A stretch of 64,000 bases of DNA from Halarcobacter sp. (GCA_048571215.1 CP182352.1:192001-256000), one strand, 5' to 3'. Positions 20,829 through 36,464 are shown, numbered from the stretch's first letter. Notes: generated by a model from the sequence alone, not told the origin. Numbers and translations: made by a program.

Positions 20829-22030
20829 GTTATTCAGATAATATATATAAATATGCCTTTTATTCTATTTTATTTATAGTATTATCTATATTACTTTATA
20901 CTGCAAATACATTAAGTATCTCATATAAAGAGGCACTAAATGTGTTTGTAAATACCTCTTTATTATCGATAATAACAAATACATCTATAACTATTTTTGG
21001 ACAAAATGATATAGCATTAAGAGTTCCATTTATTATATTTTATGCTTTAACTGTAATTTTAATGTATGACATTACAAAAGATTTTTTCAAAAAACAAGAA
21101 GATAGATTGTTTTCAGTTATTATTTTTATGGTTTTACCAGGTCTTATAAGTGCTTCATTATTGGTAAATAGTGCTATCGTTGTGACATTTCTTACTCTCT
21201 TATATGTATATTACTTTAAAAGAAAAGGGAAACACTGTTATGCCTTGCTTGTTTTATTTTTATTTGTAGATAACTCTTTTGCTATATTCTTTCTTGCACT
21301 ATTCTTTTATAGTTTAGCAAACAAAGAGAACAAACTATTGATTGTGTCACTTATTTTGTTTGGTTTATCTATGAGTATTTATGGTTTTGATACAGAGGGA
21401 AAACCTAGAGGTTTTTTAGTGGATACTTTTGGAATATATGCTTCAATATTTTCACCCTTATTATTTATATACTTTTTTTATACCATATATAGAAATGGAT
21501 TAAAAGGTGAGAGAACATTAGTTTGGTATATAAGTACAACCTCTTTATTGTTCTCATTACTATTTTCTATGAGACAAAAAATATATATAGAAGATTTTGC
21601 TCCTTTTGTTGTGATTTTTCTGCCTTATATGGTTAGAATTTTTTTACATACAGTTAGAGTTAGACTTCCTCAATTTAGAAGTAGACATTATAAAGTAGCT
21701 ACAATCACATTTTTTGTACTTTTTTTAAATGTTGTTTTAACTATATATAATAAACCTTTGTATCTAGTTCTTGATAATCCAAGAAAACATTTTGCATATC
21801 AATATGATTTTATAAAAGATATATCAATATATTTAAAAAAGTATTCTATCAATAAGGTTACTTCAGAAGATAAAAAACTACTTTTGAGATTAAAGTTTTA
21901 TGGGATTAAAAGTGGTGGGGATTATTATATAACTACAAAACCCTTAAGCAATTTTTCTAAAAGAATTAGAATTAAATATAATGGTAAAGATATTTACTCT
22001 TTATATATAAAAAAATTAAAGTATGACTAA
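20825..22030 (+). CDS. Polytopic membrane protein, probable GT-C glycosyltransferase (family 39/ArnT-like)
   Basis: Many TM helices; FGQNDIALRVPF resembles the ArnT/PMT N-terminal motif. Confidence 0.6.
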   Translation: MSYSDNIYKYAFYSILFIVLSILLYTANTLSISYKEALNVFVNTSLLSIITNTSITIFGQNDIALRVPFIIFYALTVILMYDITKDFFKKQEDRLFSVIIFMVLPGLISASLLVNSAIVVTFLTLLYVYYFKRKGKHCYALLVLFLFVDNSFAIFFLALFFYSLANKENKLLIVSLILFGLSMSIYGFDTEGKPRGFLVDTFGIYASIFSPLLFIYFFYTIYRNGLKGERTLVWYISTTSLLFSLLFSMRQKIYIEDFAPFVVIFLPYMVRIFLHTVRVRLPQFRSRHYKVATITFFVLFLNVVLTIYNKPLYLVLDNPRKHFAYQYDFIKDISIYLKKYSINKVTSEDKKLLLRLKFYGIKSGGDYYITTKPLSNFSKRIRIKYNGKDIYSLYIKKLKYD

Positions 22031-22649
22031 AAGTTCTTTTTCTTTATTTGAACTTATCTTAATTATAATCCTTATATCAATAATTGCTGTTTTTATTAAA
22101 ATCAAAGAACCTATAAATAAATTAGATTTAGCAACAAATAGATTAGCTCTTTATTTAAAAGAGGTAAGATATAAAGCTTTAATAGATGACAAGTATAACA
22201 AAAATAATCCTTTATGGCATAAACAAAGGTGGACATTGAAGTTTTTTAGATGTTCTAGCAGTGTTGGTGGAATATATTATTCTATTTATAGTGATGAAAA
22301 TAAAACAGGTCATCCAAGTGCAGATGAATCATTAAAAGACCCATTAACAAAAAAAGCAATTTTCTCTACTAATAAATGTGAAAGTAATAATAAGTATTCA
22401 AAATATGTTCTTTTAAGTAAAGAGTATGGTATAAAAAATATAGAGATGAGTTGTAATACTACTTCAAGTTTAGGACAACTATCCTTTGGTATTGATGGAA
22501 GAGTTTATACAAAACTGAGTCCATATGATGAAGAACACTATACATATGAACTTACAAATAGTTGTAAAATAAAACTTTTAGATGAAAACAAAAAAACAAA
22601 AATAATAGAAATAATCCCTAAAACAGGCTATGTAAGAGTAATCAATTAA
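22023..22649 (+). CDS. Prepilin-type (type IV pilin/T2SS pseudopilin-like) protein
   Basis: Class III signal KSS/FSLFE followed by a hydrophobic helix. Confidence 0.75.
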   Translation: MTKSSFSLFELILIIILISIIAVFIKIKEPINKLDLATNRLALYLKEVRYKALIDDKYNKNNPLWHKQRWTLKFFRCSSSVGGIYYSIYSDENKTGHPSADESLKDPLTKKAIFSTNKCESNNKYSKYVLLSKEYGIKNIEMSCNTTSSLGQLSFGIDGRVYTKLSPYDEEHYTYELTNSCKIKLLDENKKTKIIEIIPKTGYVRVIN

Positions 22650-22708
22650 TAAAAAAGATGAAAAGAGTGATAAAATTTAAAATTTAAGCCTATATTAAGA
22701 GTAAACCC

Positions 22709-22737
22709 TTGACAAGAGGAAAAAAATCTATTATAAT
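22709..22737 (+). promoter_or_regulatory. Sigma70 promoter of rRNA operon
   Basis: Perfect TTGACA-17 bp-TATAAT; boxA-like TGATCTTTAACAA at about 22800. Confidence 0.88.
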
Positions 22738-23024
22738 TCCCGTCCAATTTCAGAGGAACGACATCAAAAGTAAATGATGAGAGAGCCTAGGGGATAGGAT
22801 GATCTTTAACAATAAAAGGTTTGTAAAGAAGTAATCTTTATAAACCGAATATGATAATAACGAAGAACAAGAAGATATGGTAAAACATATCCTTGTCTAT
22901 TAAAGTATTCTAAAAGAATTAATTTTTTTAGAGTACTACTTTAAGCTTTTAACTATGAGAGTAGTTAAAACACATGAGTGATAGTTTTGTAATGTAAATT
23001 ATAAAAATGTCAGTTTCAAACACT

Positions 23025-24542
<1,518 letters not shown>

Positions 24543-24663
24543 AGAGAAAAGAAGAGTTATTCGATTAACTCTTCTAAAATATCTATTAAAAATAGATAGA
24601 GAAATGAAAAAAGTTATTATTGTGTTCGGTTTATAAAGATTATTTAAAAAATAGGTGACAAAT

Positions 24664-24740
24664 GGGCCTATAGCTCAGCTGGCTAGAGCGCTCGACTGAT
24701 AATCGTGAGGTCCCAGGTTCAAGTCCTGGTAGGCCCACCA
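24664..24740 (+). tRNA. tRNA-Ile(GAT)
   Basis: Cloverleaf GGGCCTA..TAGGCCC-ACCA, anticodon loop CTGATAA. Confidence 0.97.
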
Positions 24741-24770
24741 TTATTAAATAATCTGTAAAGATTTAGTTGT

Positions 24771-24846
24771 GGGGATATAGCTCAGCTGGGAGAGCGCCTG
24801 CCTTGCACGCAGGAGGTCAGCGGTTCGATCCCGCTTATCTCCACCA
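24771..24846 (+). tRNA. tRNA-Ala(TGC)
   Basis: GGGGATA..TATCTCC-ACCA with G3:U70, anticodon loop CTTGCAC. Confidence 0.97.
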
Positions 24847-25237
24847 TCTATTATAAATCTGGGTTTAAAATGAAAATTTAAAATTTAAAAATGAAATTTT
24901 TTTATCTTTGAATAATCATAATGTAAAACTAAATATAAGTCTTAAAGAATTAAGATTTATATTTGGTTTTTTAAAAACCAAAATGCTTTCAGACATTATT
25001 CTGAAAATGATATTTAAAAATTTAATGTTAAAGTCTTTAATTTTTTCGTTTAATTAAATTTCGTATGAATTTAATTAAAAAATAAAAATTTAATATCAAA
25101 TTAACTTGAAAGAATTCAATTTTTTTAAGATAATAATGATAGACACAACTGTTTTGTTGAATATGTATGTATTCAATAAGATAGTAGCCAAGGAATAATT
25201 ATTCAAAAAGGTGAAGTAATGAAAATTACTTTGTCAA

Positions 25238-28121
<2,884 letters not shown>

Positions 28122-28261
28122 AATTAATATTTCTTGGTTTACTATCTTATTGAGTACACTCAATAAAGTAAATATTGTGTTTAAAGACTTTTAACATTAA
28201 CATTTTAACTCATTCAATGTGAGTACAAAGCAAACTTTTTAAGTTTGTTTGATACTCATAT

Positions 28262-28378
28262 TGCTGGTGGTTATTGCGAGGTGGAAATACCCAGCCCCAT
28301 TCCGAACCTGGAAGTCAAGCACCTCTGCGCTGATAATACTGCAGGGTCCCCTTGTGGAAACGTAAGCCGCTGCCAGCT
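28262..28378 (+). rRNA. rrf: 5S rRNA
   Basis: GCTGGTGG..CCATTCCGAAC..CTGCCAGC. Confidence 0.96.
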
Positions 28379-28394
28379 CTTGAGTATTCTATTT

Positions 28395-28446
28395 AGCTTC
28401 TGTCTAATCTATCCTTCCCGATAGCTTTGACAGAAGCTTTTTTTTT
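28395..28446 (+). terminator. rRNA operon terminator
   Basis: AGCTTCTGTC...GACAGAAGCT stem followed by a long T run. Confidence 0.85.
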
Positions 28447-28669
28447 ATCCTTTTTTATATTTAATCACTTTTATTTGCCAATCTCTTTCTTATCTCTTTG
28501 CTTAAAGCCTCTTTTTTTAATGAAAAAGCAACTATTTTATAAAAGTTGTAAGAAATATAGATATAAAGGGTGAGTAAAATAGTAAGGTAGTTATATTATA
28601 ATATATAGTAAGTTTATTTTTAAGAAAAATAAACCACCACTAGATGGTGATTTATCTAAATGTATTTAA

Positions 28670-29179
28670 TTAGTTATTATCTCTTGATTCTAAGATCTCT
28701 ATTGATACTATTTCATCTCTTTGTTTTATTGAATCTAATGTTTCAAAACTCTCTTTATCATCTTCCTCTATTTCACCAAATACAGTATGTCCACCATCTA
28801 GATGAGGACAAGGGACAAAACAAATAAAGAATTGACTACTTCCAGTATCTTTTCCTGCATGTGCCATTGATAAAGAACCTCTATTATGAACTTGTTTTTG
28901 GGCGTCAGTTTCACAAGCTATACTATTTTCTGCACCACCCATTCCTGTTCCATCTGGGCATCCAGCTTGTGCCATAAAACCTGGGATAACTCTATGAAAT
29001 ACTAAACCATTATAAAAACCATCATTTGCTAATGTTGCAAAGTTAGCGACTGTATTTGGTGTTTCTTCATAAAAAAGTTTTTCCCAAATAACTCCTTTTT
29101 CTGTAGTTATTTTTGCATATTTAAATTTACTTAATTCCTCTTTTGAGTAGTCATATACTTTTAATTTTCTTCCAAACAT
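28670..29179 (-). CDS. Cyclophilin-type peptidyl-prolyl isomerase
   Basis: FHRVIPGFMAQAG, SMAHAG, SQFFI and HLDGGHTVFG motifs. Confidence 0.93.
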   Translation of the reverse strand: MFGRKLKVYDYSKEELSKFKYAKITTEKGVIWEKLFYEETPNTVANFATLANDGFYNGLVFHRVIPGFMAQAGCPDGTGMGGAENSIACETDAQKQVHNRGSLSMAHAGKDTGSSQFFICFVPCPHLDGGHTVFGEIEEDDKESFETLDSIKQRDEIVSIEILESRDNN

Positions 29180-29193
29180 ATTTTTCCTTTAAA

Positions 29194-31068
29194 TTATTTT
29201 TTTGAAATTATATCTTCTTTAGGTGTAAGATAGTTTAATTTTACTAAGTTGTTTACTATTTCTTTAAATACTGGTACCGCTGACCATGAAGCATAATGGT
29301 AGTACCAATGTTTTCCTTTTGAAACTGGATTCATAACTGTTACCCCTATAGTATAAGAGTTTTTCCCATCATTTACAAAGCCAAAAAATGAGGAGATATA
29401 TTTTTTTAGATATTTACCACCTCTAGCTATCTGTGCAGTACCTGTTTTACCACCTATTTCTAAACCATCAATTTTAGCAGCTACCCCTGTTCCTTGTTGT
29501 ACTGTTTTAATTAAAAGCCTTTTTATCTCATTTGCAGTTTTTTTGGTGATAATTCTTTCATTCTTAAGCTTATCTTCTTTATATTTTTCCCCATCTATAT
29601 CTATATATGATAATATTTTTGGAGTAGCTATTTTACCATCATTATTAAAAACAGTATAAGCTTTTAATATTTGCATAAAAGTTGCAGTCATACCTTGTCC
29701 ATATGATACAGTGGCTTTAAAGATATTGTCTTCTTGTTTTTGATCATTTGCTGAAAATTGCCAAATTTTTGGGATAACACCTGTTTTTTCGTAAGGTAAG
29801 TCTATGCCAGTTTTTCTAGTAAAACCAAATCTTTTTATACCTTCATAAAACTCTGGTCCACTTAATCTTTGTGCTAGTTGCAAGGTTCCAATATTTGAAG
29901 AATAAATTACAATATCATCAACTGTTAAATAGTGTTTTTTAAATTCATGATCATCTTTTATTGTATATCTTCCAAGTTTATATCTACCTCTTGGGTATTC
30001 CCCATCTTTATTAGCTTTCCCTTTTGTATTATAAGCAAAAAATAGTTCATTCTTTTTTATTCTATGTTTGTCCATTACTAAGGCAATGGATACGGGTTTG
30101 ATAACAGAACCAGGTTCAAATTGATACTCTATTGCATTTACATTTAAAGAGGGTATATCTTTTTGTAAAATATTTTCAGGGTTAAATCTATTAGATGAGG
30201 CTAAAGAGAGAATTTTTCCTGTTTTACTATCCATAATTGATAAAATAATCTCATCTGCTTCAAGTTTTTCTTTATAAATATCTAATATCATCTCATTGTT
30301 TTTTTGTAGCTTTAATGGGATATTTAAAATAAGATTTGCACCATCAACTCTTTGTTTAATTATCGATTCTTTGTTAAATGAGATATAAGAAAGCACATCT
30401 CTTTTCCCACTTAGAACTCCATCTTTTGTATTATTTAAAAGTTCATTGAATTTTTTTTCTAAACCTTTTATCCCTTTTACTTTTGTTTTTCCATTACCCG
30501 ATTCAAATTTTGTTATATAACCTACAACTGGAGTTAAGGTATCTTCATATGAGTAGATTCTTTTTTCACCACTTTCATTTATATTAAGACCTCTTAAAAT
30601 TTTTCCACCATCTACTTTTATTGATTTAAATACTCCTAAACGTCTAAGTTTAAAACCTAACTCTTTAAGATTTTTAGCAGTTTTTGAATCAATATTATAT
30701 GATAAAACCAAATTTCCAGGACTTAGAAGTGATTCTTCCACTTTTTTATATATTTTATTATAAGGGATGTTGCTATAGATGCTAAATAGTTTTATAAAAA
30801 GTTCTTTTTTATTTAAGTCAAGATATCTTGTATCAATAGAGGCTTTATAAATTTTTTTTGAAGTAGCAATTTTAAAATTATCAGAACTAATAATATCACC
30901 CCTTACTGACAACTCTTTTTTTGTAGTATTAAGTGATGGTAATCTTCTATTCCCCTCGATTGTGTCAAAAATTGAGATTAGAAGTATAAGTAACATGAAA
31001 AGTATAAAGAAAAATAGTATTACTATTTTTTTTATTTTGTTATCTTTTTCTGTAGAATTCTGAGACAT
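29194..31068 (-). CDS. ftsI: Class B penicillin-binding protein, FtsI-like
   Basis: N-terminal TM, RGDI, EPGSVIK (SxxK), SSN and KTGT motifs; adjacent to ftsW. Confidence 0.82.
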   Translation of the reverse strand: MSQNSTEKDNKIKKIVILFFFILFMLLILLISIFDTIEGNRRLPSLNTTKKELSVRGDIISSDNFKIATSKKIYKASIDTRYLDLNKKELFIKLFSIYSNIPYNKIYKKVEESLLSPGNLVLSYNIDSKTAKNLKELGFKLRRLGVFKSIKVDGGKILRGLNINESGEKRIYSYEDTLTPVVGYITKFESGNGKTKVKGIKGLEKKFNELLNNTKDGVLSGKRDVLSYISFNKESIIKQRVDGANLILNIPLKLQKNNEMILDIYKEKLEADEIILSIMDSKTGKILSLASSNRFNPENILQKDIPSLNVNAIEYQFEPGSVIKPVSIALVMDKHRIKKNELFFAYNTKGKANKDGEYPRGRYKLGRYTIKDDHEFKKHYLTVDDIVIYSSNIGTLQLAQRLSGPEFYEGIKRFGFTRKTGIDLPYEKTGVIPKIWQFSANDQKQEDNIFKATVSYGQGMTATFMQILKAYTVFNNDGKIATPKILSYIDIDGEKYKEDKLKNERIITKKTANEIKRLLIKTVQQGTGVAAKIDGLEIGGKTGTAQIARGGKYLKKYISSFFGFVNDGKNSYTIGVTVMNPVSKGKHWYYHYASWSAVPVFKEIVNNLVKLNYLTPKEDIISKK

Positions 31069-31097
31069 ATTTATCCATAATATAATATAATAGCGAC

Positions 31098-32330
31098 ATG
31101 CATTCTAACAAAAATCAAATTAAAACTAATAATAGAAAAGAGAAACTATACGAAGCAGATTATCTACTGTTTTTATTGGTGTCAACTTTAATTATAATTA
31201 GTATAATCTTTTCATACTCTTTAAGTATTTACACAGTTGAATATTTTGATTATAATCAATTCCACTTCTTTATAAGACAGTTATTAGTAGGTGTTTTATC
31301 AATATTTTTAATGTGGGGATTATCATTGGTTCCTCCAGATAAAATAATAAATAAAGTGGGAATGGGATTGTTTTTATTCTTTTTTCTTCTAATGGCAATT
31401 ATGCCTGTATTACCTAGCTCATTAGTTACAGCTTCAGGTGGGGCAAATAGGTGGATTAGATTACCTGGATTTTCACTTTCACCTGTAGAGTTTTTTAAAA
31501 TAGGTTTTATATATTTTTTATCTTGGTCTTTTCATAGAAGATTAATAGAGGTTCCAAGGAAAATTGGATTAAAGCAAGAGTTTATACTTTTAGCACCATA
31601 TTTTTTAACTTTTTTAGTTGTTGTATTTATTATCGCCTTTTTACAAAAAGATTTAGGTCAAGTGGTATTATTAGGTATCATTTTATTTATTTTACTATTT
31701 TTTGCAAATAGAAGTTATAAGGTATTTGTTACTTTAGGAGTAGGGGGACTTTTAGCTTTTATTGGACTTATTTTAGCAGCACCCCATAGACTTCAAAGAA
31801 TCTATTCATGGTGGGCGATGGTTCAAGATAAAATCTTATCAATTTTGCCAGAATGGGCTGATAATTATTTGAGAATTGATGAATTACCTGAACCCTATCA
31901 AGTATCCCATTCTTTAAATGCTATTCATAATGGTGGTATATTTGGACAAGGTATAAGTTTAGGTAATATAAAACTTGGTTTTTTAAGTGAAGTACACACT
32001 GACTTTGTATTAGCAGGAATAACTGAAGAGATAGGTTTAGTAGGCTTGTCTTTTATCACTTTTATAATGTTTTTAATAGTTTTAAGGATTTTTAAAATAA
32101 GTGGAAGGGTTGAAAATAAAATATATCATTTATTTACTATAGGTATTGCTTTGATGATAATAATTGCATTTTTAATTAATTCATATGGGATTTCAGGAAT
32201 GATTCCAATAAAAGGTATTGCTGTACCATTTCTAAGTTATGGTGGTTCATCTATGTTAGCTACATCTTTAGCAGTAGGATTAGTTTTATCAATAAGTAAG
32301 TCTGTAGACTTAAGAAAAAAGGTTAAATAA
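31098..32330 (+). CDS. ftsW: SEDS protein FtsW
   Basis: GANRWI, QKDLG, EVHTDF and PFLSYGGSS motifs; directly upstream of murG. Confidence 0.9.
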   Translation: MHSNKNQIKTNNRKEKLYEADYLLFLLVSTLIIISIIFSYSLSIYTVEYFDYNQFHFFIRQLLVGVLSIFLMWGLSLVPPDKIINKVGMGLFLFFFLLMAIMPVLPSSLVTASGGANRWIRLPGFSLSPVEFFKIGFIYFLSWSFHRRLIEVPRKIGLKQEFILLAPYFLTFLVVVFIIAFLQKDLGQVVLLGIILFILLFFANRSYKVFVTLGVGGLLAFIGLILAAPHRLQRIYSWWAMVQDKILSILPEWADNYLRIDELPEPYQVSHSLNAIHNGGIFGQGISLGNIKLGFLSEVHTDFVLAGITEEIGLVGLSFITFIMFLIVLRIFKISGRVENKIYHLFTIGIALMIIIAFLINSYGISGMIPIKGIAVPFLSYGGSSMLATSLAVGLVLSISKSVDLRKKVK

Positions 32331-32331
32331 T

Positions 32332-33360
32332 ATGTTAAGAGGTTCAATTGTAATTACAGGTGGTGGAACAGGTGGACATCTAAAAGTAGCAGATGCTTTG
32401 ATTGATGAGTTAAATAAAAAAGGGATTAAACCAATTTTTATAGGTTCTATAAACGGACAAGATAAAGAGTGGTTTGAAAAAGATAAAAGGTTAAGAAAAA
32501 CTTACTTTCTAGATACTAAAGGGGTGGTAAATAAAAACTTCTTTGGAAAAATAAAATCCTTATTTCAAATATTTATGAAGATGTTAGAGTGTCAAGATAT
32601 CTTTGATAAATATGATGTAAAAAAGGTTATAAGTGTTGGGGGATTTTCTGCTGCACCTGCAACTTTTGCTGCTATTACAAGCTTTGGGTGTAAGTTGTAT
32701 ATCCATGAACAAAACTCTGTAATGGGTAAATTAAATGAGATTACATCAAAATTTGCTTCAAAACTATTTTCATCTTTTGATAGTAAATCTGAAGTAAAAG
32801 ATTATCCTGTCTCAGAAGAGTTTTTTGATAATGCAAGAATAAGGGACGAATTAAAAAGTATTATATTTTTAGGTGGTTCTCAAGGGGCTAAGGCTATAAA
32901 TGATTTTGCAATAAAAGTTGCTCCCAAGTTAAAATCTCTTGGATTAAAAATAATTCATCAAACAGGTAAAAATGATTATGAACGAGTTAAAGAGCAGTAT
33001 GATAAGCTTAAAATAGAAGTTGATGTTTTTGCTTTTTCTAAAGATATTTCTCAAAAGATGAGTGAAGCTGATTTTGCAGTAAGTCGTGCTGGGGCTTCAA
33101 CTTTATGGGAGTTGTGTGCAAATTCATTGCCTACATTATTTGTTCCTTATCCATATGCAGCAAAAGATCACCAATATACAAATGCAAAGTTTATAGAAAA
33201 AAAAGAGCTTTGTTATGTAACAAGGGAAAAAGAATTAACAGAGGAATTACTAATAAAGATATTAAAAAAAGATAATTATATTATAAGTAAAAAATTAGTT
33301 GATTCTATCAATTGCAATGGAGCTGAGTCTATAGTTAATACTATTTTAGAAGATGAGTAA
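32332..33360 (+). CDS. murG: Lipid II GlcNAc transferase
   Basis: GGGTGGH, HEQN, GGSQGA and SRAGAST motifs. Confidence 0.95.
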   Translation: MLRGSIVITGGGTGGHLKVADALIDELNKKGIKPIFIGSINGQDKEWFEKDKRLRKTYFLDTKGVVNKNFFGKIKSLFQIFMKMLECQDIFDKYDVKKVISVGGFSAAPATFAAITSFGCKLYIHEQNSVMGKLNEITSKFASKLFSSFDSKSEVKDYPVSEEFFDNARIRDELKSIIFLGGSQGAKAINDFAIKVAPKLKSLGLKIIHQTGKNDYERVKEQYDKLKIEVDVFAFSKDISQKMSEADFAVSRAGASTLWELCANSLPTLFVPYPYAAKDHQYTNAKFIEKKELCYVTREKELTEELLIKILKKDNYIISKKLVDSINCNGAESIVNTILEDE

Positions 33361-34113
33361 TAGTACTATTCCAAATAGTATTCTATAGATTCCAAAAGCT
33401 ACAAAAGTAAAGTTTTCTAAGAATTTCAAAAAAAGTTTTATTGTTAAAAATGCAATAATAAAAGATACTATAAAACCAATCAAAAGATTTAAAGAATTAG
33501 CACCTGTAAATAGTTCATTATGGTGCTTTAGTAAATCATAAGCAGTTGTTGCACACATAACAGGAAATGCTAAAAGAAAAGAAAACTCAGCACTAGCTTT
33601 TCTATTTAAACCCATAATCATAGCTCCAATTATTGTTGAACCTGCTCTTGAAGTACCAGGAATCAGTGCAAATACTTGAGCTATACCTATATATACAGCT
33701 TGTTTATAGGAGATATCCTCAACATCAGAAGTTACATGTTTAGACTCATCATAGAACTTTTCAACTATTAAAAACACAATACCACCAACTATAAACATAA
33801 TCGCAACAATTTCAAGGGAAAATAAAGCCTTTACTTGCTTTGAAAAGATAAAACCTATTATAGCTATTGGTAAAAAGGCTATAGCTATTTTTATCCAAAG
33901 ATTTATATGTTTAAAAGTAAATTTTGAAGGGTAGTTTAATATTACTGCTAAGATAGCTGCAAATTGGATTATAACCTCATATGCTTTTGTTACATTTGTT
34001 TGGTCTATTCCTAAGAACTCACTTGCTACTATTAAATGTCCAGTTGAAGAGATTGGCAAGAATTCAGTAAAACCCTCTATTATTCCTAAGATTATTGAAT
34101 CGATAGCTGTCAT
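33346..34113 (-). CDS. uppP: Undecaprenyl-diphosphate phosphatase
   Basis: [14 protein letters not shown] and PGTSRAG motifs. Confidence 0.95.
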   Translation of the reverse strand: MTAIDSIILGIIEGFTEFLPISSTGHLIVASEFLGIDQTNVTKAYEVIIQFAAILAVILNYPSKFTFKHINLWIKIAIAFLPIAIIGFIFSKQVKALFSLEIVAIMFIVGGIVFLIVEKFYDESKHVTSDVEDISYKQAVYIGIAQVFALIPGTSRAGSTIIGAMIMGLNRKASAEFSFLLAFPVMCATTAYDLLKHHNELFTGANSLNLLIGFIVSFIIAFLTIKLFLKFLENFTFVAFGIYRILFGIVLLLIF

Positions 34114-34766
34114 TTTAAACCTTTTGTCATAATAAGAAATTTTTTTAGTGCTTTTTTCTCTTTTAAACCAATTTCATAATCTATTTTTTTTAAATAGTTT
34201 AATATATCTTTATTTGATACTCCTGATCTTTTTGAGTATTGGTTTAAAATATATCTTGGAATTTTAACTTTTCTTTTTTCAAATTTTTTTGTTACTTTTT
34301 TTAAGTAATTTCCATTTTTGCAATAACATAAAGTTGCAAATACAAAAGGCAGATTAAATCTTTTTTTCCACTCTTGTGCTAAGTCAATAATGATAGCATC
34401 AGGATTGTCATGGTAATACTTCAAAGCCTTATCACCTATTAGTACTTTACCTTCTATATTAAGTACTTTTGCAAGGGCATTAGATGTTTCACTTTGGTAA
34501 TCACTTTTGTTTTCCCCTGGAATTACAAAAACTGAGCGAACATCATTTCTTGCAACAATCCCTAAGTTTAGTCTTTTTTCACCCCTTGAAGCAATTGAAG
34601 AGATAAAAGCTGAGTCAACAACCCTTTTTTTAAATTTTTTATTTATTTTTGAAGGGTAAGATTTTTTATAGTTAATTATTGCTTTAATTTGACTAGATTG
34701 AATATTTTTTTTAATAAAAATATGAAACGGAAGTAAATTGATAAAATCTATTTTGGCAAATATCAT
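34110..34766 (-). CDS. mqnA: Chorismate dehydratase, MqnA family (futalosine pathway)
   Basis: [15 protein letters not shown] and W...LPFVFA motifs. Confidence 0.8.
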   Translation of the reverse strand: MIFAKIDFINLLPFHIFIKKNIQSSQIKAIINYKKSYPSKINKKFKKRVVDSAFISSIASRGEKRLNLGIVARNDVRSVFVIPGENKSDYQSETSNALAKVLNIEGKVLIGDKALKYYHDNPDAIIIDLAQEWKKRFNLPFVFATLCYCKNGNYLKKVTKKFEKRKVKIPRYILNQYSKRSGVSNKDILNYLKKIDYEIGLKEKKALKKFLIMTKGLK

Positions 34767-34838
34767 TGATTTAGGTCATCCTAAGATTAAAATTAATTGG
34801 ATATAATACAATAATTGATGTAAATAAGGGGTTAAAAA

Positions 34839-35060
34839 TTGGTAAAAATAGAATTTCTTGGACCTATAAATAAAGAGTCGATGAGTTTAGATATTACAAG
34901 TATAAAAGAGTTAAGTGAAGTATTAAAAGATGATGAAGCAATGGTTAAGTGGTTGGAAAATTGTGCAGTAGCAGTTAATGACACTTTAATCTCTTCAAAA
35001 GATATTGCCTTAAGTGATGGTGATAAGGTTTCATTATTACCTCCTGTTTGTGGTGGATAA
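34839..35060 (+). CDS. moaD: Molybdopterin synthase sulfur carrier
   Basis: 73 aa ending in PPVCGG; upstream of moaE. Confidence 0.9.
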   Translation: MVKIEFLGPINKESMSLDITSIKELSEVLKDDEAMVKWLENCAVAVNDTLISSKDIALSDGDKVSLLPPVCGG

Positions 35061-35080
35061 TTGAAAGTGAAAAATTAAAA

Positions 35081-35530
35081 ATGAATAGTGAAAAATTAAG
35101 ATTATATGATGGTAGTTTACCTGTAGAGCAAATAACAAATGCTTGGTATAGTGAGTTTAAAAATTCCAACTATGGTGCAATAATAACTTTTGTTGGAGTT
35201 GTACGAGATGAAGATGGTATTGATGGTTTGAGTTTTGATATTTATGAACCAATATTAAACTCTTGGTTTGATTCTTGGCAAGAAAAAGCAAATAAACAAA
35301 ATGCAATTGTTTTGATGGCTCATAGTAGAGGAAATGTTTTAAATCATGAGAGTTCATATATAGCAGCAGTTTGTTCTCCTAAAAGAAGAGTTGCCTTAGA
35401 ACTGATTGATGAGTTTGTTGAAGACTTTAAAAAAAATGCACCAATCTGGAAATATGATTTAAAAGATAATAAGCGTATTTATGCAGAAGATAGAAGTACC
35501 CCAATAAGTGGTGCTGGTATACTATCATAG
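35081..35530 (+). CDS. moaE: Molybdopterin synthase catalytic subunit (start uncertain)
   Basis: GAIITFVGVVR and KKNAPIWK motifs. Confidence 0.88.
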   Translation: MNSEKLRLYDGSLPVEQITNAWYSEFKNSNYGAIITFVGVVRDEDGIDGLSFDIYEPILNSWFDSWQEKANKQNAIVLMAHSRGNVLNHESSYIAAVCSPKRRVALELIDEFVEDFKKNAPIWKYDLKDNKRIYAEDRSTPISGAGILS

Positions 35531-35549
35531 CAGTTATGAGGAATTATAA

Positions 35550-36341
35550 ATGAGAGTTGATTTACATAATCATACAATTTTATGTAACCATGCAGAAGGT
35601 AGTATGGAGGAGTATATTCAAAAAGCAATTGAAAAAAAGATTGATGTTTTTGGTTTTTCTGAGCATGCCCCTATGAATTTTGATGAGAAATATAGATTGC
35701 CTTTAGATAAAAAAGAGTTTTATGAAAGTGAAGTTTTAAATTTAAAAGAGAAGTATAAAAAAAATATCGAGATACTATTAGCCTATGAGGTGGATTTTTT
35801 AGATGGATATATTTTAGATGAAATAATAAACTCAAAGGTAGACTATCTAATAGGTTCAGTACACTTTTTAAAAAACAATCAAGATATGTGGGGATTTGAT
35901 AATCCAGAATTTATAGGTATCTATAAATCAAAAGATATAGATACAATTTGGCAAGAATATTTTGATGCAATTGAGGCTATGGCAAAAACTCAACTTTTTG
36001 ATATAGTTGGGCACTTTGATTTAATAAAAATCTTTAAATTTATGCCAAAAAAAGATATAAGAACTATTGCTAAAAATGCCTTATTAGAGATAAAAAAATC
36101 AAATATGGTTTTAGAGTTAAATGCTGCTGGTTTAAGAAAACCTATAGGGGAACCTTATCCTTCAAAAGAGATTTTAGAACTTGCATTTGAGTTAGATATT
36201 CCTATTACTTTTGGTTCTGATGCACATAGTATTGAGCAAGTAGGATTTAAGTATGAAGAGGTGAAAAATCTAGCAAAACAAATTGGTTATGAAAAGTGTA
36301 TAAAATTTAGCAGAAGAGAGAAGCAACTAGTTACTTTTTAA
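35550..36341 (+). CDS. hisJ: Histidinol-phosphatase, PHP (HisJ/HisK) family
   Basis: DLHNHT, SEH, GSVH, GHFD and GSDAH motifs. Confidence 0.85.
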   Translation: MRVDLHNHTILCNHAEGSMEEYIQKAIEKKIDVFGFSEHAPMNFDEKYRLPLDKKEFYESEVLNLKEKYKKNIEILLAYEVDFLDGYILDEIINSKVDYLIGSVHFLKNNQDMWGFDNPEFIGIYKSKDIDTIWQEYFDAIEAMAKTQLFDIVGHFDLIKIFKFMPKKDIRTIAKNALLEIKKSNMVLELNAAGLRKPIGEPYPSKEILELAFELDIPITFGSDAHSIEQVGFKYEEVKNLAKQIGYEKCIKFSRREKQLVTF

Positions 36342-36464
36342 ACAAAATAAAAGAAGTTATAATTAGAAATATTAGACTATTGTATATTTTTTATACATGA
36401 TTTTTTATCTAAAATTATATTTTTTGAGATATAATAAATTTAATATTTTTAAGGAGTTATGAAC

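Noticed and set aside
35061..35099. AGTGAAAAATTAA duplicated at the moaD-moaE junction
   Set aside because: Short low-complexity duplication; it only makes the moaE start uncertain.
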